From assembly GCA_013204385.1 (NCBI GenBank), contig JABMNY010000003.1, forward strand, positions 14,270 through 78,269: a DNA stretch of 64,000 bases, in the 5' to 3' direction. The translations under genes were made by a program, and so were the position numbers. Every line of letters starts with the position of its first letter. Positions within the stretch are counted from its first letter, which is position 1. Under the pieces are notes generated by a model. That model was not told the origin of the DNA. It did not search any database and saw only the letters and a program-made list of their open reading frames with translations. Positions 27,245-35,516 of the stretch are shown in pieces. This DNA comes from Candidatus Uhrbacteria bacterium. Its GTDB lineage: Bacteria; Patescibacteriota; Patescibacteriia; UBA9934; GWF2-40-263.

Positions 27245-27288
27245 TTCGGTTTTTGTTCGGTTCATAATACGAACATAAAGCGAACACC
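27245..27288. promoter_or_regulatory. 44-nt imperfect dyad (GTTCGG-N5-GTTCGG...CGAACA-N5-CGAACA) 15-55 nt upstream of lexA: candidate LexA autoregulatory operator(s)
   Basis: gttcggtttttgttcggttcataatacgaacataaagcgaaca; inner GTTC-N7-GAAC. Confidence 0.4.
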
Positions 27289-27302
27289 TAACGAGATACT
27301 GT

Positions 27303-27917
27303 ATGCCACAACTCACAAAAAAACAGTCAGCTGTGCTCGCGTTCATTCGCACACACATTGAAGAGAACGGGTATGCCCCCTCCTACAGAGAAATCGCTGA
27401 CGCATTCGGACTCTCTTCCCCCGCAACCATTCATGGCCATGTCCAGTCTCTCGTTGAAAAAGGACTTATCGTAAATGGAGATGATGGTGAAGCACGTTCA
27501 ATTGAACTCGTTCAAGAAGCCGCATCAGGATCCTCTATCCTTCTCCCCTTCATCGGACTCATTACCGCAGGAGAACCAATAGAAGCTGTCCAAGATAATG
27601 AAACGATGGCTGTCCCTGTAGACTTTGTTCTCGATGGTGCCAACTCATTTGTCTTACGTGTAAAAGGACGCTCCATGATTGAAGACGGAATTCTTGATGG
27701 AGACTATGTTGTCATCGAACGTAATCCTTCCCCACGTAACGGAGAGGTTGTCGTCGCACTTCTGGACAATGCCTTTGCAACGCTCAAGCGTTTTTACCGA
27801 GAGACAAATCGTATTCGTCTTCAACCAGCCAACAGCTCAATGGATCCAATCTACGTCCAAGACTGCATTATCCAAGGGGTGGTCCGAGCCGTCATCAGAA
27901 AGTTCCAACCCATCTAA
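27303..27917 (+). CDS. lexA: LexA repressor
   Basis: N-terminal wHTH; C-terminal S24 peptidase with Ala-Gly cleavage site region and Ser...Lys dyad (VKGRSM...ATLKR). Confidence 0.9.
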   Translation: MPQLTKKQSAVLAFIRTHIEENGYAPSYREIADAFGLSSPATIHGHVQSLVEKGLIVNGDDGEARSIELVQEAASGSSILLPFIGLITAGEPIEAVQDNETMAVPVDFVLDGANSFVLRVKGRSMIEDGILDGDYVVIERNPSPRNGEVVVALLDNAFATLKRFYRETNRIRLQPANSSMDPIYVQDCIIQGVVRAVIRKFQPI

Positions 27918-28380
27918 TAATAACATCCAACCGTCCTTAGACTCGCGAAGCTAAGGACGGTCACCAGCTGACAATTTGAGATCCCATGATGAGACGCGTA
28001 AGGGATCACGCGTCTGACCGTGGGATTTTAGTTTGCCAATTTTCAGAATCATCGAGGCTAAAGGTCTCGCTACAATACGCGGTAACAGAGAAGACGTTAT
28101 TCTGCTTCGCTCAGAATCGTCACGCTCGTGAAACCCTCATTGTGGCCTGACCTTCATCCTTTGATGAACCTGATCCCTTAATTCACTTACTCTTTACGTT
28201 CTATGTCTACCGCCACTACACTACGCCACCACTCCAACACATTCGCCTTCCTTCCACGACAACGGGATCAACGTTTCATCAAGAGTCTTCGTGCGATCAA
28301 AATCCGAACGAGTCGCCGAAAAATCAGACAAGTCATTCGTCAAATGATCGACCACCGATCACTTAGCACCATCTAATCCT

Positions 28381-28629
28381 ATGCACGAAATGCTTAACGA
28401 TCCTATAGACGTCACTGTCGCATTCAAAGATAATCGCGTCTTTCCACGCACCATGAGATGGAACGAACGTGACTACAAAATCGAAACCGTAAACCTTGTG
28501 CATACCGCTCGCGAAGGTCAAAAACGTATATTCTATTTCTCTGTGTCAGACACAACAAATTATTTCAAACTCAAACTCGACCCAGAAATGCTCGAATGGC
28601 GATTAGTCGAACTCTATACAGATGGATAA
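28381..28629 (+). CDS. Hypothetical 82-aa protein in SOS neighbourhood
   Basis: ORF only; no motif recognised. Confidence 0.4.
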   Translation: MHEMLNDPIDVTVAFKDNRVFPRTMRWNERDYKIETVNLVHTAREGQKRIFYFSVSDTTNYFKLKLDPEMLEWRLVELYTDG

Positions 28630-28650
28630 GAAAAAAGCACCTGATAGGTG

Positions 28651-29133
28651 CTAGCTGAGCGTATGTTCGAAATGAATGTTCGAACCTTTGACGGGTCTGA
28701 ACCCAAGCTTCTCGTAGAGGATTCGTGCCCCCTCACGTTCCTCCTCGGAAACGAGCTTGAGCAGAGAGATCTTTGGACGCACCTCCCCTGCCTGTTCGAT
28801 CAAATGTTCCATGACAGCGCGACCAAGCCCGCGACCTTCTCCGCGAAACTCAGGGTGCACCAGAACATATTCAACGTCCCCAACCCCCTTGCGCCAGTCG
28901 TAGCTGATCTTGAGCAAAGCAACAGCAACAATCTGTCGCGCACCTTTCTCTCGAATAATGCTAATGCGCGTTCGATTTGGATCCATGAGACGCGCCTGAA
29001 ACAGCGCGTCTTTGTAGTCGAGTGGACCCGACCGAAGCAGATCTTGCCCATGCTCATTCAGGAACGTTATGCAGTCTCGATAATCCCAGAGTTGAGCTTT
29101 CGAGTGAACAAATCGTTCTGGATCAAATGCCAT
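28651..29133 (-). CDS. GNAT-family N-acetyltransferase
   Basis: Start at MAFDPERF with GGAGGTG RBS; VHPEFRGEGRGLGRAVMEHLIE acetyl-CoA motif A. Confidence 0.75.
   Translation of the reverse strand: MAFDPERFVHSKAQLWDYRDCITFLNEHGQDLLRSGPLDYKDALFQARLMDPNRTRISIIREKGARQIVAVALLKISYDWRKGVGDVEYVLVHPEFRGEGRGLGRAVMEHLIEQAGEVRPKISLLKLVSEEEREGARILYEKLGFRPVKGSNIHFEHTLS
29106..29118. promoter_or_regulatory. GAAC-N5-GTTC palindrome ~65 nt upstream of dinB start: candidate Cheo-like SOS box
   Basis: gaacaaatcgttc. Confidence 0.35.
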
Positions 29134-29182
29134 GAGACACCTCCGTATACAAACCCTAACATTCCAGAGCACATCGTCAACT

Positions 29183-30388
29183 ATGCATCGCATCATCCTT
29201 CACATTGACATGAACTCGTACTTTGCCTCTGTAGAGCAACAGGCGAACCCTTTTTTGCGTGGAAAACCGATTGGGATTACAGGAAAAGACCAAGAGCGCT
29301 CCGTCGTCGCAACCGCCTCTATTGAAGCTAAGAAACTTGGGGTGAAGACCGCTATGTCTACCTGGGAAGCAAAGAAGATTTGCCCTTCACTTATTCTCTA
29401 TGCCGGCGACCCAGAAAAGTACTCAGACATCATGCATCGCTTCAACGCAATTTACCAGGAGTTCACTCCACATGTGGAACCATTCAGTGTAGATGAAAGT
29501 TTTTTAGATATAACAGAAGAGGCGGAAGATTTTTTTGGAGCGACGTATATGGCTCAAATGATCCGTACACGTCTTAAAGAAGAACTCGGGAATCACATCA
29601 CCGCCTCCATCGGTATTGCCCCAAACAAACTCATGGCAAAGCTTGCGTGTGAGACTGTGAAACCAAGTGGACTCACTGTTGTTCAACCAGAAGAACTTAT
29701 CGACTTGTTGAACCGTTGTAAACTTGATGACCTCTGCGGAATCGGTCCCCGTATTCTTAAACGTTTACACGCACTTGATATTAAAACATTCGCAGAACTA
29801 CGTGCATGCCCACTTGAGGATCTTCAACGTGAATTTAAGAGCTACGGTCTTTGGCTTCACGAAGCCGCTTACGGACGAGACTCTTCACAAGGAGTGAATG
29901 CGAATTCTTCAGACGCAAAATCTTACGGACATTCCTATACACTGCCAGAGAATACTCAAGATCAAACAGTACTCAAACGTTATCTCTTTGGACTCGCCGA
30001 CAAAGTTGGTTGGCGCATGCGTCGAGATGGAGTTGTTGCGCGTCGCATTACCGCCCATGTGCGGTTTGGAGATTTTACAAGTCATAGTGAACAACGAACG
30101 GTGAATACTCCAACAGCAGACGGCATGGATCTTTTTAAAATTTCCTGGAACATCGTAAAACCCCTACTCACAAGCGATGTACGTCTTGTCGGTCTCTCCG
30201 CCTCTATGCTTACAAAAAATCCTAGCCAACCGTCCCTATTCAAAAAAGAACGGAACATGCAGTCCGTCCTATGTGCGCTCGATTCTCTCCAACACCGCTA
30301 TGGCACAGGTGTCTGGAAACGAGGTGCAACACTCCCCCTCAACCTCAAACAACGCTCAAGCGGCTTCCATTTTGATCATGAAGTGTAG
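29183..30388 (+). CDS. dinB: DNA polymerase IV (Y-family)
   Basis: Start at MHRIILHIDMNSYFASVEQ; SVDESFLD catalytic motif. Confidence 0.9.
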   Translation: MHRIILHIDMNSYFASVEQQANPFLRGKPIGITGKDQERSVVATASIEAKKLGVKTAMSTWEAKKICPSLILYAGDPEKYSDIMHRFNAIYQEFTPHVEPFSVDESFLDITEEAEDFFGATYMAQMIRTRLKEELGNHITASIGIAPNKLMAKLACETVKPSGLTVVQPEELIDLLNRCKLDDLCGIGPRILKRLHALDIKTFAELRACPLEDLQREFKSYGLWLHEAAYGRDSSQGVNANSSDAKSYGHSYTLPENTQDQTVLKRYLFGLADKVGWRMRRDGVVARRITAHVRFGDFTSHSEQRTVNTPTADGMDLFKISWNIVKPLLTSDVRLVGLSASMLTKNPSQPSLFKKERNMQSVLCALDSLQHRYGTGVWKRGATLPLNLKQRSSGFHFDHEV

Positions 30389-30542
30389 AGAGTGAACTTA
30401 AGAAGTTCCTCTTCTTAAGTTCCGAACGAAGCGAAGTGATCTGTTCTACAGATCATGAAGTGTAGTGAGCGAGTTCATAAAGTTCCTCTTTATGAATTCC
30501 GAACGGAACGCCATGACTTGTTCTACAGATCATGAACTCTAG
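30374..30542. repeat. 2.2 tandem copies of a 77-bp unit beginning with the last 5 codons+stop of dinB (gatcatgaagtgtag), each unit carrying a 12-bp-stem hairpin with conserved TTCCTC loop
   Basis: Units at 30374, 30451, partial at 30528; stems gaacttaagaag/cttcttaagttc vs gagttcataaag/ctttatgaattc differ but stay complementary. Confidence 0.7.
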
Positions 30543-31093
30543 CCTCCAAACTCACCAATCACTTTATGCGTTCCTGGACCCGCGTCTCCGTCGTAGGCAT
30601 TTACCGTCACAATAATATGTCCATACCCCGAATAATCCTCTGTGTCTGGCGCCTGCCACTCAATCACAAAATATCCATCCTCGTCCGTGGTCATTTCCCC
30701 AAGAGAAAAGAACTCATACGGGAGTCGACGTAATAACCATACTTGATAATAATGCACCTCCCGATCAATCTCTGGGAGTGTCATTTTCATTTCCACGTAA
30801 TACTTGCCATCTTTTTCTCCTCGGCTCGCCGAGCCAACACGCGCATTTGATGATTTCCAATACAACTCCGCATCCCGACTCACTGTATCAATGGCTCCAT
30901 CAATCACCGCTTGCGAAATTGGATCTGGTTTCAACACGTCGACAATCGACGACACAACCTCTTCCTCAGGAATCGGCTCCGCCCGAAACCATTTCACCGC
31001 AATAATAAACACCAAAAACAACACGATCACAACGCCCACAGAACCAACTGCGGAGCTGACGCGGACTATTTTCTTATGCTGTTTTTGTCCCAT
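30539..31093 (-). CDS. Hypothetical N-terminally anchored protein
   Basis: 184 aa; TM VGSVGVVIVLFLVFIIAV. Confidence 0.45.
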   Translation of the reverse strand: MGQKQHKKIVRVSSAVGSVGVVIVLFLVFIIAVKWFRAEPIPEEEVVSSIVDVLKPDPISQAVIDGAIDTVSRDAELYWKSSNARVGSASRGEKDGKYYVEMKMTLPEIDREVHYYQVWLLRRLPYEFFSLGEMTTDEDGYFVIEWQAPDTEDYSGYGHIIVTVNAYDGDAGPGTHKVIGEFGG

Positions 31094-31096
31094 ATT

Positions 31097-32245
31097 CTAA
31101 GCTGCCTTCTTCACCGCTTCTGCCACAACGTCCGCAAGTCCAGGAACAAATGGAGAAGGCATAATTGTCTCGGCTGTTGGATCTGGAACCAGACCAGCTA
31201 ATGCATGCGCGGCAGCAACACGCATGGCGGGTGTAATCTTTCGTAGCCGTCCTTCAAGCGCCCCTTTGAAAATTCCAGGAAATGCTAAGACGTTATTTAC
31301 CTGATTTGGGAAATCTGATCGTCCTGTCGCAATAACAAACGCTCCCCCCTCCTTTGCAATGTCCGGCATAATCTCAGGAATAGGGTTCGAGAGCGCAAAG
31401 ATGATCGCTCTCGGTGCCATTGTTTGTACCATTTGTGCAGTGACAAGTCCTGGCTGGCTCACCCCAATAAAAACGTCTGCCCCAAGAAGCGCATCCTCTA
31501 ACGTTCCTGTGCGTCCTTCTGGATTAATCCGAGCAGCAAGCTCTTCTTTGTACGTGTTCATTCCTTCTCGACCAGGGGCAATGATTCCTTTTGAATCCAA
31601 CATAGCTAACTTCTGCATCCCTGCTTCAAACAATAAATGCGCGATCCCCATCCCTCCTGCACCAGCTCCAGAAATAACAACAGAAATATCTTCGATGTTC
31701 TTCCCAACCACTTTGAGTGCATTCAAAAGCCCAGCCAAAACCACCACAGCCGTTCCATGCTGATCGTCATGCATCACCGGAATATCAAGTTCTTCAATCA
31801 ACCGTCGCTCAACTTCAAAGCACGCCGGTGCAGCGATATCTTCAAGATTAATTCCTCCAAAACCTGGAGCAATGCGCTTTACCGTCTCGACAATCTCATC
31901 GACATCTTGTGTATTCAAACAAATGGGAAACGCATCGAGTCCTGCAAAGCGCTTAAACAAAATAGCTTTCCCTTCCATGACAGGAAGACCAGCTTCTGGT
32001 CCAATATTCCCAAGCCCAAGCACGGCAGACCCATCAGTTACAATGGCAACCGTATGTCCTTTCATGGTGAGATCCCAGGCACGCTCCTTATCTGCGGCGA
32101 TTACGCGACAAGGTTCCGCCACACCAGGGGTATAGGCGATTGAAAGATCCTCTTTCGTCTCAAGCGGAACACTCGACTTAATTTCAAGCTTTCCTCCATA
32201 CCGCTTATGCATGTCCAATGACGCAATATCGTAATTCATAATCAA
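31097..32245 (-). CDS. NAD(P)-dependent malic enzyme (short form)
   Basis: YTPGVAEPC, GAGAGGMGIA Rossmann motif. Confidence 0.9.
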   Translation of the reverse strand: MIMNYDIASLDMHKRYGGKLEIKSSVPLETKEDLSIAYTPGVAEPCRVIAADKERAWDLTMKGHTVAIVTDGSAVLGLGNIGPEAGLPVMEGKAILFKRFAGLDAFPICLNTQDVDEIVETVKRIAPGFGGINLEDIAAPACFEVERRLIEELDIPVMHDDQHGTAVVVLAGLLNALKVVGKNIEDISVVISGAGAGGMGIAHLLFEAGMQKLAMLDSKGIIAPGREGMNTYKEELAARINPEGRTGTLEDALLGADVFIGVSQPGLVTAQMVQTMAPRAIIFALSNPIPEIMPDIAKEGGAFVIATGRSDFPNQVNNVLAFPGIFKGALEGRLRKITPAMRVAAAHALAGLVPDPTAETIMPSPFVPGLADVVAEAVKKAA

Positions 32246-32251
32246 TAAGTG

Positions 32252-32815
32252 CTAATTGAAAATATCTGGTGGAAGTTTGTCTGGCCATCTTTTTGTCTCT
32301 CGAGCAATCGCAAATGCCCAAACGAGATGTCCAATGCGCACATTTCCTTTTTCAAACGGACAAATTTCCTGAAACTCTCTGCAAAACTCAGTCGGAGTCA
32401 TGCGATGAAGATTATTCTGATCAAGAGGCCCAGCCAATTCCTTTAAAAACCTCTTCATTAAGCGAGGAACTTCCTGAGCAGATGCTCTTCGATTTCCATT
32501 TGTAGCCTTGATTTCGCTTGTCCGATACCCTTTATTTTGTTTCTCAATGAATTCAGCCCACTTCAAAAGACATTCTTCCAGTTGATCCTTTGTGAGAGGA
32601 GCCCCTTCAATATACCCTGTCGCTAACTGTTTCGCCTCAAGATACGCTTGCGCGAACGCTTCTATTCTCGCACGTTCTACTGTGTCTTGATTTTCTGATT
32701 GCACAAGAATCAATTCTCTATCACACAGATCTAATCCGTCTGGAAAATGGACTGTGGAGTGCTGTTCGGCAGTTGAAACCGGTCCTTTATGATCATGCAT
32801 ATCAAAGTTCATCAA
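32252..32815 (-). CDS. Fic/DOC-family protein with degenerate Fic motif
   Basis: CPFEKGNVRIGHLV resembles HPFx[DE]GNGR. Confidence 0.55.
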   Translation of the reverse strand: MMNFDMHDHKGPVSTAEQHSTVHFPDGLDLCDRELILVQSENQDTVERARIEAFAQAYLEAKQLATGYIEGAPLTKDQLEECLLKWAEFIEKQNKGYRTSEIKATNGNRRASAQEVPRLMKRFLKELAGPLDQNNLHRMTPTEFCREFQEICPFEKGNVRIGHLVWAFAIARETKRWPDKLPPDIFN

Positions 32816-34904
32816 TATCTCTTAAAAAACTCATTCCGGTGGTTGGTTTCTTTTTCACGCGTTCTCCTAAATCATCAAACACAATCGTGGGTCCCTCATC
32901 GACCCACTCATCGTTTGAGAACGATCCGTACGAAGGCTTTGACACACTCGCCTTTAATTTAATCTCTTCTAAAAGCTCCCTTGGAAGCTCTTGTAAGAAC
33001 ATCGAAGGCTGACTAAGCATGAGTGTATCGTATCCAGAGGTAATCGGATAGGTATAAAACAAATGCTTTTTGGCTCGTGTTGTGGCGACATAAAAGAGTC
33101 GTCGCTCTTCCTCAAGTCCTCCTTTTTCATCAAGTGCCGCTCCAATTGGGAACTTTCCGTCAACGAGATGCATGATAAAGACCGCAGACCACTCCAATCC
33201 TTTTGACTGATGAATTGTAGAAAGCACCATCTTCTCTTCTTCAAACACGCTCCCATCCTCACGGAGTGCTCCATACTCCCCTGTGAGCGCGACCTCATCT
33301 AGGAATTTCTGCAAACTTGTATATCCTTCCGCAAACAGGGCAAACTGTTCGATATCCTCAAGACGATCCATAAAATCAGGATACTCCGCCTCGATGTAGT
33401 CTCGATAGTCTCCCGTGACAACAGCGCGAATGAGCTCCGAAGGTCGTTCTTCATCCCTCATGAGTACAAGGGTCTTTGCAAGATTATTCCATCCAATCTG
33501 TGCACGCTTTGGAACACGCGGCTGTGAATGCAAAATTTCATCAAGAGTCGTGAATTGTTTGAACACGGATGCCATTTTTTCCGCAGTCACAAGTCCGACA
33601 CCTGGAATCAATGAGAGAACGCGCATCCACGCCATCTCGTCTTTTGGATTCATTTTCACCCGCAAATGCGCAACCAGATCTTTCACATGCGCGCGCTCAA
33701 AGAACTTGAGTCCCCCGCGATACTCATACGGAATATCTCTACGCATCAATTCAAACTCCAACTGCTGAGAATGAAATGCTGCACGAAACAACACGGCTGT
33801 TTCTGAAAGCGGAACCCCCTCGTCCCGCAGGGCTAAAATGCGCTGTGCAATAAACTGTGCTTCTTGTGCCGCATTCTGTGCTGGCACAATGTTTGGTTTC
33901 TCAAAAGACGCCAGAACGGCCCCAAGTTCTTTTTTAAACTGTTCTCGATTTTGAAGAATCGTATTGTTTGCGACCGCCAAAATCTCAGGGGTGGAACGAT
34001 AGTTCGTAACAAGTCGAAATGTTTTTGTATTGTTGTAGGTTTGCGGAAACCCAAGAATATTCTTGATCTCTGCCGCACGAAAAGAATAAATCGACTGTGC
34101 ATCGTCTCCGACCACTAATACATTTCCATGTACACTCGCAAGCTGTCGAATAATATCCGCTTGAATGACATTCGTATCCTGATACTCATCCACCAAGATA
34201 TACTCAAACTGCTGTCCGAGTCTTTGACGCACCCCCTCGTTTGTAAACAACAGCTCTCGCAACTTCAAAAGCAGATCATCAAAATCCATCGAATCTGACT
34301 CACGCTTGCGAGACGCATACAGTTCCGCAATACGCTCAATCGTCGAACTCATCTCAATAAAACTTGGATAGCGCGTCTCAAGCACATCGATCATCGGTTG
34401 CCCAGAGTTTTTCGCGTAACTAATAATTCCATTGAGCTTAGCTGGCGATGGAAATCGTCGTGAAGTGGTATCGATCTTAAGCGCCTTGATACAGACCTTC
34501 ACTAGTGCCTTTGCGTCTTCCTGATCGAGAATTGTGAAGTTCGATGTGTGCCCAATCTCAGGAGCGTAAATCCGAAGCAGTCTGTTCGCAATCGAATGGA
34601 ACGTTCCACCCCACAATCCTTTGGGTTTACGACCAAGCAAACTCTCCACGCGCTCCATCATTTCTTTTGCCGCCTTGTTCGTAAACGTCACAAGCAAAAT
34701 ACTCTCTGGACTCACCCCTCGCTCAAGCAAATACGCCACACGATAGGTAATGGTCCGAGTCTTTCCGGACCCTGCCCCTGCCAACACGAGAGCTGGCCCA
34801 TCCCCATGCAAAACCACCTCTAATTGCTCCGCATTCAATTCCTTTTGATAATCAATGTTTGCCTTCGATAGGTCAAAATCATCATGTAACACGAATTCTT
34901 TCAT
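32802..34904 (-). CDS. uvrD: ATP-dependent DNA helicase UvrD/PcrA
   Basis: Walker A GAGSGKTRTITYRVAYLL, helicase motifs; ORF-track start is a TTG; chose ATG (MKEFVLH). Confidence 0.9.
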   Translation of the reverse strand: MKEFVLHDDFDLSKANIDYQKELNAEQLEVVLHGDGPALVLAGAGSGKTRTITYRVAYLLERGVSPESILLVTFTNKAAKEMMERVESLLGRKPKGLWGGTFHSIANRLLRIYAPEIGHTSNFTILDQEDAKALVKVCIKALKIDTTSRRFPSPAKLNGIISYAKNSGQPMIDVLETRYPSFIEMSSTIERIAELYASRKRESDSMDFDDLLLKLRELLFTNEGVRQRLGQQFEYILVDEYQDTNVIQADIIRQLASVHGNVLVVGDDAQSIYSFRAAEIKNILGFPQTYNNTKTFRLVTNYRSTPEILAVANNTILQNREQFKKELGAVLASFEKPNIVPAQNAAQEAQFIAQRILALRDEGVPLSETAVLFRAAFHSQQLEFELMRRDIPYEYRGGLKFFERAHVKDLVAHLRVKMNPKDEMAWMRVLSLIPGVGLVTAEKMASVFKQFTTLDEILHSQPRVPKRAQIGWNNLAKTLVLMRDEERPSELIRAVVTGDYRDYIEAEYPDFMDRLEDIEQFALFAEGYTSLQKFLDEVALTGEYGALREDGSVFEEEKMVLSTIHQSKGLEWSAVFIMHLVDGKFPIGAALDEKGGLEEERRLFYVATTRAKKHLFYTYPITSGYDTLMLSQPSMFLQELPRELLEEIKLKASVSKPSYGSFSNDEWVDEGPTIVFDDLGERVKKKPTTGMSFLRDIDEL

Positions 34905-34912
34905 ACCCAGCA

Positions 34913-34985
34913 AGACAACTTTTTAGATAACAATCCGAATGCCCATTTGCAAGATATCTTTCTTTAAATAAAGAAAAAGTTGTCT
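34913..34985. promoter_or_regulatory. 12-bp perfect inverted repeat (agacaacttttt / aaaaagttgtct) separated by 49 nt, ending 9 nt upstream of uvrD start
   Basis: seen directly in divergent uvrD / small-peptide intergenic region. Confidence 0.4.
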
Positions 34986-35030
34986 TACTGAGCATAGCCG
35001 TGCCATTTTAGCATACAACCCTGTTTGGAT

Positions 35031-35059
35031 TGACAAAATCAAGATTTTCAGGTATAAAA
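35031..35059 (+). promoter_or_regulatory. Consensus-like promoter TTGACA-N17-TATAAA for small peptide gene
   Basis: ttgacaaaatcaagattttcaggtataaa; GGAG RBS upstream of ATG 35113. Confidence 0.5.
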
Positions 35060-35112
35060 TCGTCTCGATTCTGGAAAATCCTCACCCCCCCAGTAAATCG
35101 AGTGGAGACCTC

Positions 35113-35253
35113 ATGAACGGATGGACCGCAGCAACAGTGATCACTCTCACGATCGTGGTCGGAATGGTCGCATGGTTGACCAACGAACCCTGGGTCGCAT
35201 TGGCATTCCTCCTGCCCGCAGGAATTGCCTGGCAAGCAGTCTTTAGTCGCTGA
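35113..35253 (+). CDS. 46-aa hydrophobic (two-helix) membrane peptide, below ORF-track threshold
   Basis: MNGWTAATVITLTIVVGMVAWLTNEPWVALAFLLPAGIAWQAVFSR; own promoter, RBS and terminator; ~56% GC. Confidence 0.45.
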   Translation: MNGWTAATVITLTIVVGMVAWLTNEPWVALAFLLPAGIAWQAVFSR

Positions 35254-35255
35254 CC

Positions 35256-35336
35256 TGACTGCACACTCCCAGCGACCAACGGCAACCTGCCCACCTTAGC
35301 TTTTCGAGCAACGGTGGGTTTTTTCTTTTTCAAAAA
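35256..35336 (+). terminator. Tandem hairpins + U-tract terminator module (ACCTGCCCACC..AGCT.TTCGAGC.ACGGTGGGTTTT) plus duplicated dcd-leader-like segment ending in ATG
   Basis: ~70 nt similar to 61650-61746. Confidence 0.55.
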
Positions 35337-35398
35337 ATTCCTGGCTACCATAAATATGGACTCAATAAAGTTGTAATTTCGACTAACGACTTATCAAG

Positions 35399-35500
35399 AA
35401 AACTCAACCAGGTCGGGGGCTGAGCCGCCGACAAATTAGGGAAAATAAAAACCCTTCGCCAGAGCGAGGGGTGTGCGTTTAGTCCTGTATAGAGTCGGAT
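35399..35500 (-). terminator. Terminator (cccttcgcc-agag-cgaggg + U-tract) and conserved 34-nt module downstream of 441-aa gene
   Basis: reverse complement of module at 21404-21450. Confidence 0.5.
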
Positions 35501-35516
35501 GTGGTGACCTTGTTGG

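Noticed and set aside
28648-29208. 186-aa plus-strand ORF
   Set aside because: Opposite-strand GNAT ORF carries the acetyl-CoA-binding motif and a strong RBS.
30374-30542. Possible CRISPR array (also considered for 27043-27224)
   Set aside because: Only 2-3 long units (77 bp, 41 bp) with no short regular repeat-spacer alternation and no cas genes anywhere in the window.
35008-35235. 75-aa Cys-rich minus-strand ORF
   Set aside because: Antisense to the small peptide gene, which has a promoter/RBS/terminator; no RBS of its own.
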